Source: Eledone cirrhosa (taxonomy: Eukaryota). Taken from it: DNA of 64,000 bases. The DNA lies in NCBI GenBank assembly GCA_964016885.1, contig OZ024743.1:298530001-298594000 (forward strand), written 5' to 3'. Below are positions 50,938 to 64,000 of the stretch, piece by piece (position 1 is the first letter of the stretch; the number at the start of each line of letters is the position of its first letter). Below the pieces are notes generated by a model. That model did not search any database. It was not told the origin of the DNA and worked only from the letters and a program-made list of their open reading frames with translations. The position numbers were made by a program, and so were the translations under genes.

Positions 50938-53900
50938 CTAGACCACCCGTGACCCGTTGGGTCATGTTCACTTAAAAATAATTTTTAAATAATTAAAATA
51001 TACACAAAATGTATATAATGTAAAATGACATTGGAAAGCCAATATATATATATACGTGTATGTGTGTGTGTATATGTACGTGTATATATATATATATGTT
51101 TGTGTGTGTGGGTGTCTGTGGCCTATATACACTGGTTACAGACACACACACACATACATCCTGTCCTAACACAAGTTATAAGATACATATAACTTAATAT
51201 TCAGTCACCAAATTCAAGCTAGATACAGTAATGCTGTATTCAATTCTTTGAAGTCACCAGTCATAATTTCATTCAACAACACCACCAGCTCTCTCCCTCT
51301 CTCTCTCTCTCACAAACACTATCTGCGTTTGTATTCACATTTCAATGGTACCTTACTTTCAAAGAATTTTCCCATTATGCGCTGATTTGGTTATTTATAA
51401 GGGTACCCGAAAAAACCCGCGTATCTCGGGATCCCGTGGTTCGATTTACGCGAAACTTGTCTTTTCACTGTATTATTCACAAGTATTTTCACAAAGAAAA
51501 TATCAAATCCTTTTTCACTAATAGCTATCCAATCACTCCACTTCAAAATTCTTTTTCTATATCTCTATGGATGCTTGACTGTTTGTTCTGAAAGATTTTT
51601 CTGCTTAAAAAGTTGCAATGTTAATGAAAAGCTGGTTTTATTTACAAAAATTTGAAAGAAATTATTCTTACTTGTCTTAGTTTTTCCTTTTCCTTTCATT
51701 TTCTGACGTCGGAATCAACATTTTCTCATATTTAAGCTGTTACAGTTTGTTCAAAAGAATGCTTTTGATGACAACATTCTTCGTTGACTGGGCATCCTTC
51801 AGAAACACTCTGACATTTTCTTTTCGTTTTCCGCGGCTAAGGGCTACATACAGTTGACCGTGTTGGAATACAGGTCGTTCCAGATAAACCAAGACGTTTT
51901 CCATAGTTTGTCCTTGTGCTTTATGAATAGTCATAGCGAAGCACGATTGAACTGGGAATTGGCTTCGCTGCAAAGGGATATCCTCACCTTCGGATAGATT
52001 AATTCTTATTCTAGGTATCATAACGATTTCATTTCTGAAAGCAGCAGTGTTGATTCTTGCTTCTATGAGATTCTCGTGCAGTTCTTCCACGATCATGCGC
52101 GTTCCATTACAAAGCCTTGGAGGATTCAAGTTTCTCATAAGAATTATTGGCGATCCTTTTTTCAATTCCAGGTTATGTGGTGGCAGTCCTGATAGTTCAA
52201 ACGAATCAAGGAATTCAGTCGGGAAATGAGTGGCATTAACACCATCACTCACAGAATTATAGGATCGGTACTCTTTTATGGTTCCAGGGAAATGTCTGAT
52301 ACAGGTGGAATTGATGCTTCTCATCATTTCATTGAGAGGTACTAAGATGCAATTGTTCGAAAACACTTCAGCTTGATTGTCGAAAGAGGGGTAGATGAAA
52401 TCAATACATTCTTCCATAGTTGTTGCTTGGAGAACCATTTCTTTTGGCAAACTAATTTCCTCATTTTCATTTTTTTTTATCTTATCTTCTCCGATATCCA
52501 ATAGGAACTGTGAATAGTCTCCTGCTCCCCCACCCAATCGCATGTTTGTCTTCAACTGAAATCTTTTGAAGCTTCGCCATAAGTAGGACTTTTTAATGCA
52601 GGCGTTTTCCACGTCCGCTTCATTTCCCCTTTTCACTACCGGAAGAAGCTGACGGAAATCGCCACAGCAAATTGTCAAAATTCCACCGAATGCTTCATTG
52701 TTGTCGCATATGTCACGCAGAGTCAGGTCAACAGCTTCGAAGCTTTCCCTCCGAATCATAGGACACTCATCCCAAACAATCAGCCTTGTATGTTGGAAGA
52801 GGTTTGCCGTCTTTGAGTTTTTATCAATGCTGCACAGACCATTTTCTTTCACTACTATCGGTATTTTGAACCTAGAATGCGCTGTTCTTCCACCAGGCAT
52901 CAGTGTTGCGGCAATGCCAGATGACGCAACAGCAATAGCCATGACACTGTTTCCCCTGACTTTTGTAAGAATTAAGTTAATCAGGAATGTCTTTCCTGTT
53001 CCACCTGGAGCGTCAATGAAAATCAATGCAGATGTGTTCGTCTCTAAACTGTTACAAACGAAGTCGTACACGTGTTTTTGTCCATTATTCAATAGAGGCT
53101 CCTTCTCTTCTACAAATCGTCGCTGTTCTTCTCTGGTGTATTGAAATTTATGTAATAACTCAAAATTGCTAATATCCTGATTAGCAACAATATTATTTGG
53201 CCTTGGCAAGTTAAAGTCACTAAGACTTTTGCCCAGGTCGTTAAGTTTGTCTTCAAAATACAGAAGACATTGATCATAATGTCTCTCGCTAATAAAAAGG
53301 TTTCTGATAGCCCTTTTTTCTATTTGAAGGTAATCCTCAGACGGTGAATGCTTAAATCGAACCCATAAAGCACTGGAATTGTCAATTTCCGTATTTGTGA
53401 GGAGCACGATGAATAGATCTCTCTTGGCTTTGGGAAGCCTTGTTCGCGCAGCATCTTCCAGAGTCTGCTGCCAATGATCATCCGATTGAAGCAAACCTTC
53501 CTCTCTGCAGACATCTTTGAATAATTGCAGGAGTTCTCCATCACACATTTTCAAAGAGTTGAAGGATACTGGCCCTTTGACGTGATGCAAAAGGAGTCTT
53601 AAATAATACAGGTCACCACTTCGTGGAGAAACAGTGTATACTCGTCCCCAAACGTTCGCCTCAAAAATCCCTGGATACTGCTCAACTGTTTTCCCCATCT
53701 TTCTCCTTTCCCATCTCTTATTACTCCAAGTGTAAAACTGTGGGACATCGGCACAATACAATGCTTTTGTAAACGGATCGCGATCGCAAAGATCTATGAA
53801 CTCTGTCAGAGTCGTCTTAGCCATGTTATTGTTTAATTTAACAGCAGCATTGACCCGAAAGAAGATTTGATTTTCCTCAGGTAGATGAACTTGAAGGCGA

Positions 53901-56166
53901 ACTACGGCCGGTTCTCTCTCATAAATTGGAAATCCAAGTACCAAGGCAACAGCTTCTGAAGGACCGATATATCTTCCTGTTAAATACTGTATTATCTCAT
54001 CTTCCCTGTTCACTCCAAACATTGCCTGATCACCGCCCTTCATGGTATATTTGATAACGTATTTGATCGATTTCACGGAAGAGCATATCTCTACGTTTAG
54101 GTGGTAGTTGAACAGTTTTAATAGTTTCATATTGTAGGGAACCACCCATTCTGAAGTTATATTTCGGCTTCCTCTTCCTTCTTGGTGCCCCTCAAATCCT
54201 CCGATTCCTGGAGACCGTCTTCTGTACACAGGATAAGAGTCCTCTCCACACAATATATATTCATTGAAAGGCTTAGGGTACCGCTTACTGCACGTTCCAT
54301 CTTTCCAACACGACGAATTGTTAGAGCAATTCGGACCGTAGATCATGTGCTTCAGCACCAATTCATGACCCTCTGGATCTTTGTTTGGATCTGGTATTTC
54401 GGCTTGAACAAATTTATCATATTCCTGCGGTCTGGGCTTGGAGGCTTCTTTGAGCCATAGCAAACAGTGCACATGAGGAAGACCTCGCTTTTGATATTCG
54501 ACTGTCAGCACGTAAGCAATGCACTTGCCAAATAGGCCATCTACTCCAGTAAGATACTTTCTTAACTGTTTCCGCTTCAGGTCAAATACTCTGGCAATTA
54601 AATCTGGCCTATCATGGGGCTTCTGATTCAGGAATAGGTTTTGCTGGATTTCAGGCCAGTTTGGATTGAATGTCATTGTGATGAAGAACGAAGGATTGCC
54701 GTACTTACGTATGTACATCATGGCATCCTGGCATCGCTCCATCATATATCTCGGTCCACCGACAAATGTGGAAGAGAGTATGATTTGCCTGCCAATATTG
54801 CGAAAATCGTCATCATCATTCAATGCGTCAGTAAGGCCCTTGTATGTTGTAGATCGCAATGATGTTTGATTCATTCGGATGTATTGCAGTCTATCTCCTT
54901 CAATCTTCGCAGCCATGTCAACCAAATATTGCTGAAATAAACGACCGCCTCTGAGAAGTTGGTTGAATTGATTCTCATGGTTCATTATTCGATAGGCATA
55001 GTAGCACATTGGTGTCAACTTCTTGTTGTTGCTCATTAACAGCTGATGATGCCATCCGTCATCGCCAAAAGGAAAAAAATAGAACATACTGCAAACTGTC
55101 ATAGGACCGATGGGACTATGAGATTATTTGCAATTATCCGCCTTTTTCTTTCAACACAATGTGCCGTGCTTTTGCTTGAAGTTCGGTGCTGTTTTGTATA
55201 ATAACGGCAACTTCGTTTGCAGTTTGTGCATTGAATCTTCTCTCATGTTCCATTGCTGGTCTCCTATTAGGATCAATAATAATCAAAGCTTCGGAAATAT
55301 TTTTAATTTGTTCTTTTGCCATTCGAAATGAAGCAACGTAATAGTTATATTGTCTGAGTATTATTTCCAATAATTCAACTATGTCGCGCTGAATGCCATC
55401 GTTATGGAGTATCCTGATCCTCAAATCAACACTATCCTGAGGATCCAAGAAGTAAATTTGAAGAAACTGGGGTTGTTCGTTGGGATTAGGGTTAAGGAAC
55501 CGATGTAATGGTGAATTTGACCATGAATAACGATAGAAGGATTCCATTCACTCCTTGAGGAACGAACTTCTTCGGCCCCAAAAGATGTCATTTGGAACAG
55601 GCAGTTGTATTGTCTGAGGTTCTTCCTGAACTCGTTTGCCCTAGGTTGATCAGTACTAAATAAACTGTGAAGTTCCTGGGATTAAGGCTGCAGATTCCCA
55701 ACCTGACTTTTCCATTCATACAGCAACATCTAGCAGTTTCACCATGAAAAAGCATTGCATGACAATAGACACAGATCTTATTCATCTGTCCAACATAAGC
55801 AGAGAGGTCACGTCGTTGAACTGTCCTTGCTCTATCCCTAATGGTTTGTTGGCAAAGACGTTCAGTTCTCCGAGCGCCCGATTCATGATCTCTCCTTTTT
55901 CTGTCTCTTTCCTTCTGTTCCGCCAGACGCTCAGCTCTCCGACCATCCGATTCATGATCTCTCCTGCTTCTGTCTCTTTCCCTCTGTTCCACTAGACACG
56001 CAGCCCTTGCTTTATCAGTCTCATCGATCCTTCTATTCGCATGCCTGTCCTGATCTTGTTGGCGTTGACCACTATCTTGCTCACCTTCTTCGGCTCTCCT
56101 TAGCCCTGCTTTCTTTCCACTATCGATAGACCAACCAGATGTTTTCTTTCTTCCTCGTCGAGGCAT
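50938..56166 (-). mobile_element. Helitron, near-autonomous (true 5' end further right, not pinned)
   Basis: 3' end on the minus strand: hairpin tgaccc-aac-gggtca, then cgggtggtCTAG|t. RepHel coding region at 56166-51740. Confidence 0.93.
51740..56166 (-). pseudogene. Helitron RepHel (Zn-binding N-terminus, HUH Rep, Pif1-family helicase), frameshifted upstream of an 1120-aa open frame
   Basis: CVYCHA..F.GE...CCMNGKV; FITMTFNPNW; EYQKRGLPHVH; KYVIKY; APGGTGKT; WDECPM; GDFRQLLPV; TIHKAQGQT; HGQLYVALSR. Confidence 0.93.
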
Positions 56167-56512
56167 TATTTAAGAATAGAAAATCGTATTCACCTTAGAA
56201 AAAATTCCTATTACCTCAACAAATATTTTTTTAAAATCATCATTTAGAAATATTTCTAAATAATCAAAATATTGTCTGTTTAAACAACTCGTATTTTTCA
56301 TATCATATTCACTTTAAAAATATTTATTAATAATTAAAATATTCTGTTTAAAGAAAGCTGAAATATATATATACTCAGTGTACAAATAATTTGTATTTTT
56401 TAAGAATATTTTTTAAATATGCCAAGAAATATTTTTTCCATCGTATTCACTTGAAAATAATAAAAAAAAAATGAAGATATTATCTATGTAAATAAAGCTA
56501 TTGGTGTGCATA

Positions 56513-56660
56513 TGGCTCTTTATGGTCTGAGTTCAAATACGGCCCTTTATGGTCTGAGTTCAAATCCCGCCAAGGTTAACTTTACCTTTCATCCTCACGG
56601 GGTCGATAAAATAAAGTACTGGGTAATTACTGGCCTTGTATCAAAAGTAGAAACAATTAT
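56513..56660 (+). mobile_element. 5'-truncated SINE with duplicated B-box segment
   Basis: ctttatggtctgagttcaaat occurs twice, followed by the family body and tail. Confidence 0.75.
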
Positions 56661-57737
56661 TGTGTTAGTGTTTGTGTGTTTATATCACTTATGTGTGAGT
56701 ATATGTGTGTTTGCGTGAATATATTTATACTTGTGTGAGTGTATGTGTTTATATTTTTGTTATAAAAGAATTATTAAACTAAAAACTTGGTTCTGTACCC
56801 TTTATATATATAAAATACTACAATTAGCCGTCTTGTATAGATATAATACATGTTCACAGACATATACAAATGAATGATGATATATTACGATATCTCCAGG
56901 TAGCAATACTGTGTGATATAGTTGTATATGCCCTATATTTTTTCATCGAGAAGCAAGAAAACAAGATGGCAGAAAATTACACATTAAATGATTGAATTCA
57001 TCAGTAATATCAATAACCTTTATCTAAAAATTGAACGGAATAGAACTTGCCCCGTTGATTTGAAGGAATTTTGATAAGAATCTTTCAAAATACACCGAAA
57101 AAAAAAATGGAACGATGGTGATGGAGACAGAAATAATTCTTTCGTTAAAGTTTACACAATATCAGTAGTGAGAAATTCATTTAGGAAGTCAGTTTATTGA
57201 ATTCTGTCTCACTCTATTCTTTCCGAATGATTAATAGTGGTTGAGTTTGTAAATATTACTCTGGAAACTAATGTACATTTTCTGACAGCTTTCTTTTCTT
57301 GAAATTGACGCGATTTCTAAACGTCGTCGAAGTAATTTAGTCACATTATATAAAGAAAGTTCCGGTATATCTTTGGAAATATAAATATGAAAGTTTGTCA
57401 TAAATGTTATTGTGCTACATATTTTGAATAATCTTTAATAACTTGCAACTAAAATTGGAAAATTTTCACTTGAAAATGTTTTGTTACATTTGAGTATATA
57501 TATATATCCACAACTATCGCCGCCGTTTCTTTCTGTTATGCAGAGTATCTGCAATGCCGTGGTATTCGAAGAGTCGTACATATGTTTCTTGTGTGCTGCA
57601 TGATTAGTGCTATGTATTTCAGTGTCAATAAATGATTGAGTATATAGTATGTGGTGTGTAGTTTTTGTAGCACCAATTGGTTGCAACTGTATAAAATAAG
57701 CTATTGCGTTATATTCTTGAGTGTTGATCCTCTACAG

Positions 57738-58031
57738 CAATCGTTCTCAACGTGGGCCCTTAAATGCACATGCAGGCCTGAGAACATTTTAAATGAGCCT
57801 GGAGTCGGCTCAAGTAAAATAGGTGGGCTTTGAAATTCTACTTTTTTTTTCAACAAGCAAGCTGATAGATAGACTCCAGGAGATGTGTAGTCATTAGTCA
57901 GGATTTATATTTTCTACTACATTTTGCATTTGTAAATAAAATGCATGGAATTTATATTTGTGTTTATGTGAGCCTGACATTGTTTGGAAACAAAAAGTGG
58001 GCAACTAGGAAGAAAAGGTTGAGAAACATTG
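57738..58031. mobile_element. hAT-like MITE
   Basis: Termini caatcgttctcaac and gttgagaaacattg (12/14 complementary), resembling hAT CAGTGTTTCTCAA ends. Confidence 0.55.
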
Positions 58032-61000
58032 TGTGTGTACTGTCAGTGTACTGAGAAACATTGTGTTGTGTACAGAGAGTGTACTGAGAAATATTGTGTT
58101 GAGTACAGTGAGTGTACTGAGAAACATTGTGTTGTGTACAGAGAGTGTACTGAGAAACATTGTGTTGTGTACAGTGAGTGTACTGAGAAACATTGTGTTG
58201 TGTACAGAGAGTGTACTGAGAAACATTGTGTTGAGTACAGTGAGTGTACTGAGAAACATTGTGTGTGTACTGTCAGTGTACTGAGAAACATTGTGTTGTG
58301 TACAGAGAGTGTACTGACAAACATTGTATTGTGTACAGTGAGTGTACTGAGAAACATTGTTTTGTGTACAGAGAGTGTACTGAGAAACATTGTGTTGTGT
58401 ACAGAGAGTGTACTGAGAAACATTGTGTTGTGTAGAGTGAGTGTACTGAGAAACATTGTGTTGTGTTCAGAGAGTGTACTGAGAAACATTGTGTGTGTAC
58501 AGAGAGTGTACTGAGAAACATTGTGTTGTGTACAGAGAGTGTACTGAGAAATACTGTGTTGTGTACAGTGAGTGTACTGAGAAACACTGTGTTGAGTACA
58601 GTGAGTGTACTGAGAAACACTGTGTTGTGTTCAGAGAGTGTACTGAGAAACATTGTGTGTGTACAGAGAGTGTACTGAGAAACATTGTGTTGTGTACAGA
58701 GAGTGTACTGAGAAACACTGTTTTGTGTACAGAGAGTGTACTGAGAAACATTGTGTTGTGTACAGAGAGTGTACTGAGAAACATTGTGTTGTGTAGAGTG
58801 AGTGTACTGAGAAACATTGTGTGTGTACAGAGTGTACCGAGAAACATTGTGTTGTGTACAGTGAGTGTACTGAGAAACACTGTGTTGTGTACAGAGAGTG
58901 TACTGAGAAACATTGTGTTGTGTACAGTGAGTGTACTGAGAAACATTGTGTGTGTACAGAGAGTGTACTGAGAAACACTGTGTTGTGTACAGAGAGTGTA
59001 CTGAGAAAGACTGTGCTGTGTACAGAGAGTGTACTGAGAAACACTGTGTTGTGTACAGAGAGTGTACTGAGAATAATTGTGTTGTGTACAGAGAGTGTAC
59101 TGAGAAACACGGTGTTGTGTACAGAGAGTATACTGAGAAATATTGTGTTGTGTACAGTGAGTGTACTGAGAAACATTGTGTGTGTACAGAGAGTGTACTG
59201 AGAAACACTATGTTGTGTACAGAGAGTGTACTGAGAAACATTGTGTTGTGTAGAGTGAGTGTACTGAGAAACATTGTATTGTGTACAGAGAGTGTACTGA
59301 GAAACATTGTGTTGTGTACAGAGAGTGTACTGAGAAACACTGTGTTGTGTACAGAGAGTGTACTGAGAAACATTGTGTTGTGTACAGAGAGTGTACTGAG
59401 AAACACTGTGTTGTGTACAGAGAGTGTACTGAGAAACACTGTGTTGTGTACAGTGAGTGTACTGAGAAACACTGTGTTGTGTACAGAGAGTGTACTGAGA
59501 AACATTGTGTTGTGTACAGAGAGTGTACTGAGAAACACTGTGTTGTGTACAGAGAGTGTACTGAGAAACATTGTGTTGTGTACAGAGAGTGTACTGAGAA
59601 ACATTGTGTTGTGTATAGAGAGTGTACTGAGAAACATAGTATTGTGTACAGAGAGTGTACTGAGAAACACTGTGTTGTGTACAGAGAGTGTACTGAGAAA
59701 CATTGTGTTGTGTACAGAGAGTGTACTGAGAAACACTGTGTTGTGTACAGTGAGTGTACTGAGAAACACTGTGTTGTGTACAGAGAGTGTACTGAGAAAC
59801 ATTGTGTTGTGTACAGAGAGTGTACTGAGAAACACTGTGTTGTGTACAGAGAGTGTACTGAGAAACATTGTGTTGTGTACAGAGAGTGTACTGAGAAACA
59901 TTGTGTTGTGTACAGAGAGTGTACTGAGAAACATTGTATTGTGTACAGAGAGTGCACTGAGAAACATTGTGTTGTGTACAGAGAGTGTACTGAGAAACAC
60001 TGTGTTGTGTACAGAGAGTGTACTGAGAAACACTGTGTTGTGTACAGAGAGTGTACTGAGAAACATTGTGTTGTGTACAGAGAGTGTACTGAGAAACACT
60101 GTGTTGTGTACAGAGAGTGTACTGAGAAACACTGTGTTGTGTACAGAGAGTGTACTGAGAAACATTGTGTTGTGTACAGAGAGTGTACTGAGAAACACTG
60201 TGTTGTGTACAGAGAGTGTACTGAGAAACACTGTGTTGTGTACAGAGAGTGTACTGAGAAACACTGTGTTGTGTACAGAGAGTGTACTGAGAAACATTGT
60301 GTTGTGTACAGAGAGTGTACTGAGAAACATTGTATTGTGTGCAGAGAGTGTACTGAGAAACATTGTGTTGTGTACAGAGAGTGTACTGAGAAACATTGTG
60401 TTGTGTACAGAGAGTGTACTGAGAAACATTGTGTTGTGTACAGAGAGTGTACTGAGAAACATTGTGTTGTGTAGAGTGAGTGTACTGAGAAACATTGTGT
60501 GTGTACAGAGTGTACCGAGAAACATTGTGTTGTGTACAGTGAGTGTACTGAGAAACACTGTGTTGTGTACAGAGAGTGTACTGAGAAACATTGTGTTGTG
60601 TACAGTGAGTGTACTGAGAAACATTGTGTGTGTACAGAGAGTGTACTGAGAAACACTGTGTTGTGTACAGAGAGTGTACTGAGAAAGACTGTGCTGTGTA
60701 CAGAGAGTGTACTGAGAAACACTGTGTTGTGTACAGAGAGTGTACTGAGAAACATTGTTTTGTGTACAGAGAGTGTACTGAGAAACACGGTGTTGTGTAC
60801 AGAGAGTATACTGAGAAACATTGTGTTGTGTACAGTGAGTGTACTGAGAAACATTGTGTGTGTACAGAGAGTGTACTGAGAAACACTGTGTTGTGTACAG
60901 AGAGTGTACTGAGAAACATTGTGTTGTGTACAGAGAGTGTACTGAGAAACATTGTGTTGTGTACAGAGAGTGTACTGAGAAACATTGTGTTGTGTACAGA

Positions 61001-64000
61001 GAGTGTACTGAGAAACACTGTTTTGTGTACAGAGAGTGTACTGAGAAACACTGTGTTGTGTACAGAGAGTGTACTGAGAAACACTGTGTTGTGTACAGAG
61101 AGTGTACTGAGAAACACTGTGTTGTATACAGTGAGTGTACTGAGAAACACTGTGTTGTGTACAGAGAGTGTACTGAGAAACATTGTGTTGTGTACAGAGA
61201 GTGTACTGAGAAACACTGTGTTGTGTACAGAGAGTGTACTGAGAAACATTGTGTTGTATACAGAGAGTGTACTGAGAAACATTGTGTTGTGTACAGAGAG
61301 TGTACTGAGAAACATTGTGTTGTGTACAGAGAGTGTACTGAGAAACATTGTATTGTGTACAGAGAGTGTACTGAGAAACATTGTGTTGTGTAGAGTGAGT
61401 GTACTGAGAAACATTGTATTGTGTACAGAGAGTGTACTGAGAAACATTGTGTTGTGGCCATAGAGTGTACTGAGAAACACTGTGTTGTGTACAGAGAGTG
61501 TACTGAGAAACATTGTGTTGTGTACAAAGAGTGTACTGAGAAACACTGTGTTGTGTACAGAGAGTGTACTGAGAAACACTGTGTTGTGTACAGTGAGTGT
61601 ACTGAGAAACACTGTGTTGTGTACAGAGAGTGTACTGAGAAACATTGTGTTGTGTACAGAGAGTGTACTGAGAAACACTGTGTTGTGTACAGAGAGTGTA
61701 CTGAGAAACATTGTGTTGTGTACAGAGAGTGTACTGAGAAACATTGTGTTGTGTATAGAGAGTGTACTGAGAAACATTGTATTGTGTACAGAGAGTGTAC
61801 TGAGAAACACTGTGTTGTGTACAGAGAGTGTACTGAGAAACATTGTGTTGTGTACAGAGAGTGTACTGAGAAATACTGTGTTGTGTACAGTGAGTGTACT
61901 GAGAAACACTGTGTTGTGTACAGAGAGTGTACTGAGAAACATTGTGTTGTGTACAGAGAGTGTACTGAGAAACACTGTGTTGTGTACAGAGAGTGTACTG
62001 AGAAACATTGTGTTGTGTACAGAGAGTGTACTGAGAAACATTGTATTGTGTGCAGAGAGTGTACTGAGAAACATTGTGTTGTGTACAGAGAGTGTACTGA
62101 GAAACATTGTGTTGTGTAAAGAGAGTGTACTGAGAAACATTGTGTTGTGTACAGAGAGTGTACTGAGAAATATTGTGTTGTGTAGAGTGAGTGTACTGAG
62201 AAACATTGTGTTGTGTTCAGAGAGTGTACTGAGAAACACTGTGTTGTGTACAGTGAGTGTACTGAGAAACATTGTGTTGTGTACAGAGAGTGTACTGAGA
62301 AACATTGTGTTGTGTTCAGAGAGTGTACTGAGAAACATTGTGTTGTGTACAGAGAGTGTACTGAGAAACACTGTGTTGTGTACAGAGAGTGTACTGAGAA
62401 ATACTGTGTTGTGTTCAGAGAGTGTACTGAGAAACATTGTGTTGTGTACAGAGAGTGTACTGAGAAACATTGTGTTGTGTACAGAGAGTGTACTGAGAAA
62501 CACTGTGTTGTGTTCAGAGAGTGTACTGAGAAACATTGTGTTGTGTACAGAGAGTGTACTGAGAAACATTGTGTTGTGTACAGAGAGTGTACTGAGAAAC
62601 ATTGTGTTGTGTTCAGAGAGTGTACTGAGAAACATTGTGTTGTGTACAGTGAGTGTACTGAGAAACATTGTGTGTGTACAGAGAGTGTACTGAGAAACAC
62701 AGTGTTGTGTACAGAGAGTGTACTGAGAAACATTGTGTTGTGTACAGAGAGTGTACTGAGAAACATTGTGTTGTGTAGAGTGATTGTACTGAGAAACACT
62801 GTGTTGTGTACAGAGAGTGTACTGAGAAACATTGTGTTGTGTAGAGTGAGTGTACTGAGAAACATTGTGTTGTGTTCAGAGAGTGTACTGAGAAACATTG
62901 TGTTGTGTACAGTGAGTGTACTGAGAAACATTGTGTTGTGTTCAGAGAGTGTACTGAGAAACATTGTGTTGTGTACAGTGAGTGTACTGAGAAACACTGT
63001 GTTGTGTTCAGAGAGTGTACTGAGAAACATTGTGTCGTGTACAGTGAGTGTACTGAGAAACATTGTGTGTGTACAGAGAGTGTACTGAGAAACACAGTGT
63101 TGTGTACAGAGAGTGTACTGAGAAACATTGTGTTGTGTACAGAGAGTGTACTGAGAAACATTGTGTTGTGTAGAGTGAGTGTACTGAGAAACATTGTGTT
63201 GTGTACAGAGAGTGTACTGAGAAACATTGTGTTGTGTACAGTGAGTGTACTGAGAAACATTGTGTTGTGTACAGAGAGTGTACTGAGAAACATTGTGTTG
63301 TGTTCAGAGAGTGTACTGAGAAACATTGTGTTGTGTACAGTGAGTGTACTGAGAAACACTGTGTTGTGTTCAGAGAGTGTACTGAGAAACATTGTGTTGT
63401 GTACAGTGAGTGTACTGAGAAACATGGTGTGTGTACAGAGAGTGTACTGAGAAACACAGTGTTGTGTACAGAGAGTGTACTGAGAAACATCGTGTTGTGT
63501 ACAGAGAGTGTACTGAGAAACATTGTGTTGTGTAGAGTGAGTGTACTGAGAAACATTGTGTTGTATACAGAGAGTGTACTGAGAAACATTATGTTGTGTA
63601 CAGTGAGTGTACTGAGAAACATTGTGTTGTGTACAGAGAGTGTACTGAGAAACATTGTGTTGTGTACAGAGAGTGTACTGAGAAACATTGTGTTGTGTAC
63701 AGAGAATGTACTGAGAAACACTGTGTTGTGTACAGAGAGTGTACTGAGAAACATTGTGTTGTGTACAGAGAGTGTACTGAGAAACACTGTGTTGTGTACA
63801 GAGAGTGTACTGAGAAACATTGTGTTGTGTACAGTGAGTGTACTGAGAAACATTGTGTTGTGTACAGAGAGAGTACTGAGAAACATTGTGTTGAGTACAG
63901 TGAGTGTACTGAGAAACATTGTGTGTGTACTGTCAGTGTACTGAGAAACATTGTGTTGTGTACAGAGAGTGTACTGACAAACATTGTGTTGTGTACAGTG
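58020..64000 (+). repeat. 33-bp minisatellite array (tgagaaacaYtgtgttgtgtacagWgagtgtac) with 29- and 27-bp variants
   Basis: Directly visible. Gives 11-aa periodic pseudo-ORFs in most frames. Confidence 0.98.

Noticed and set aside
58005-63984. Very long Cys/His-rich ORFs (up to 1596 aa) as zinc-finger or repeat proteins
   Set aside because: They are artefacts of a stop-poor 33-bp unit. They are open on both strands, shift frame at the 29-bp variants, and lack C2H2 spacing.
58020-64000. CRISPR array
   Set aside because: No unique spacers, no cas genes, and a eukaryotic context.

Overview
Repeat-dominated, AT-rich animal genomic DNA. The microsatellite load and SINE family suggest a cephalopod such as octopus (inference). 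No host protein-coding gene is recognisable. The window holds three near-full-length but disrupted Penelope-like retroelements (PLEs; RT plus C-terminal GIY-YIG endonuclease) packed within about 17.2-35.2 kb, mostly in (TA)n tracts. It also holds a frameshifted Helitron (HUH Rep + Pif1 helicase, minus strand, about 50.9-56.2 kb), many tRNA-type SINE copies, LINE, mariner and hAT remnants, MITEs, and a >5.9 kb 33-bp minisatellite running off the right edge. The most striking signal, read by eye, is a dense set of type I hammerhead-ribozyme (HHR) motifs: 13 complete motifs and two partial copies. They lie in the pseudo-LTRs of all three PLEs and in several short non-coding, inverted-repeat or palindromic elements that look like non-autonomous PLE-mobilised or retrozyme-like elements. 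Several have non-canonical cores (U3-A8 swap, CAGUUGA, GCAA). No folding or database search was run.
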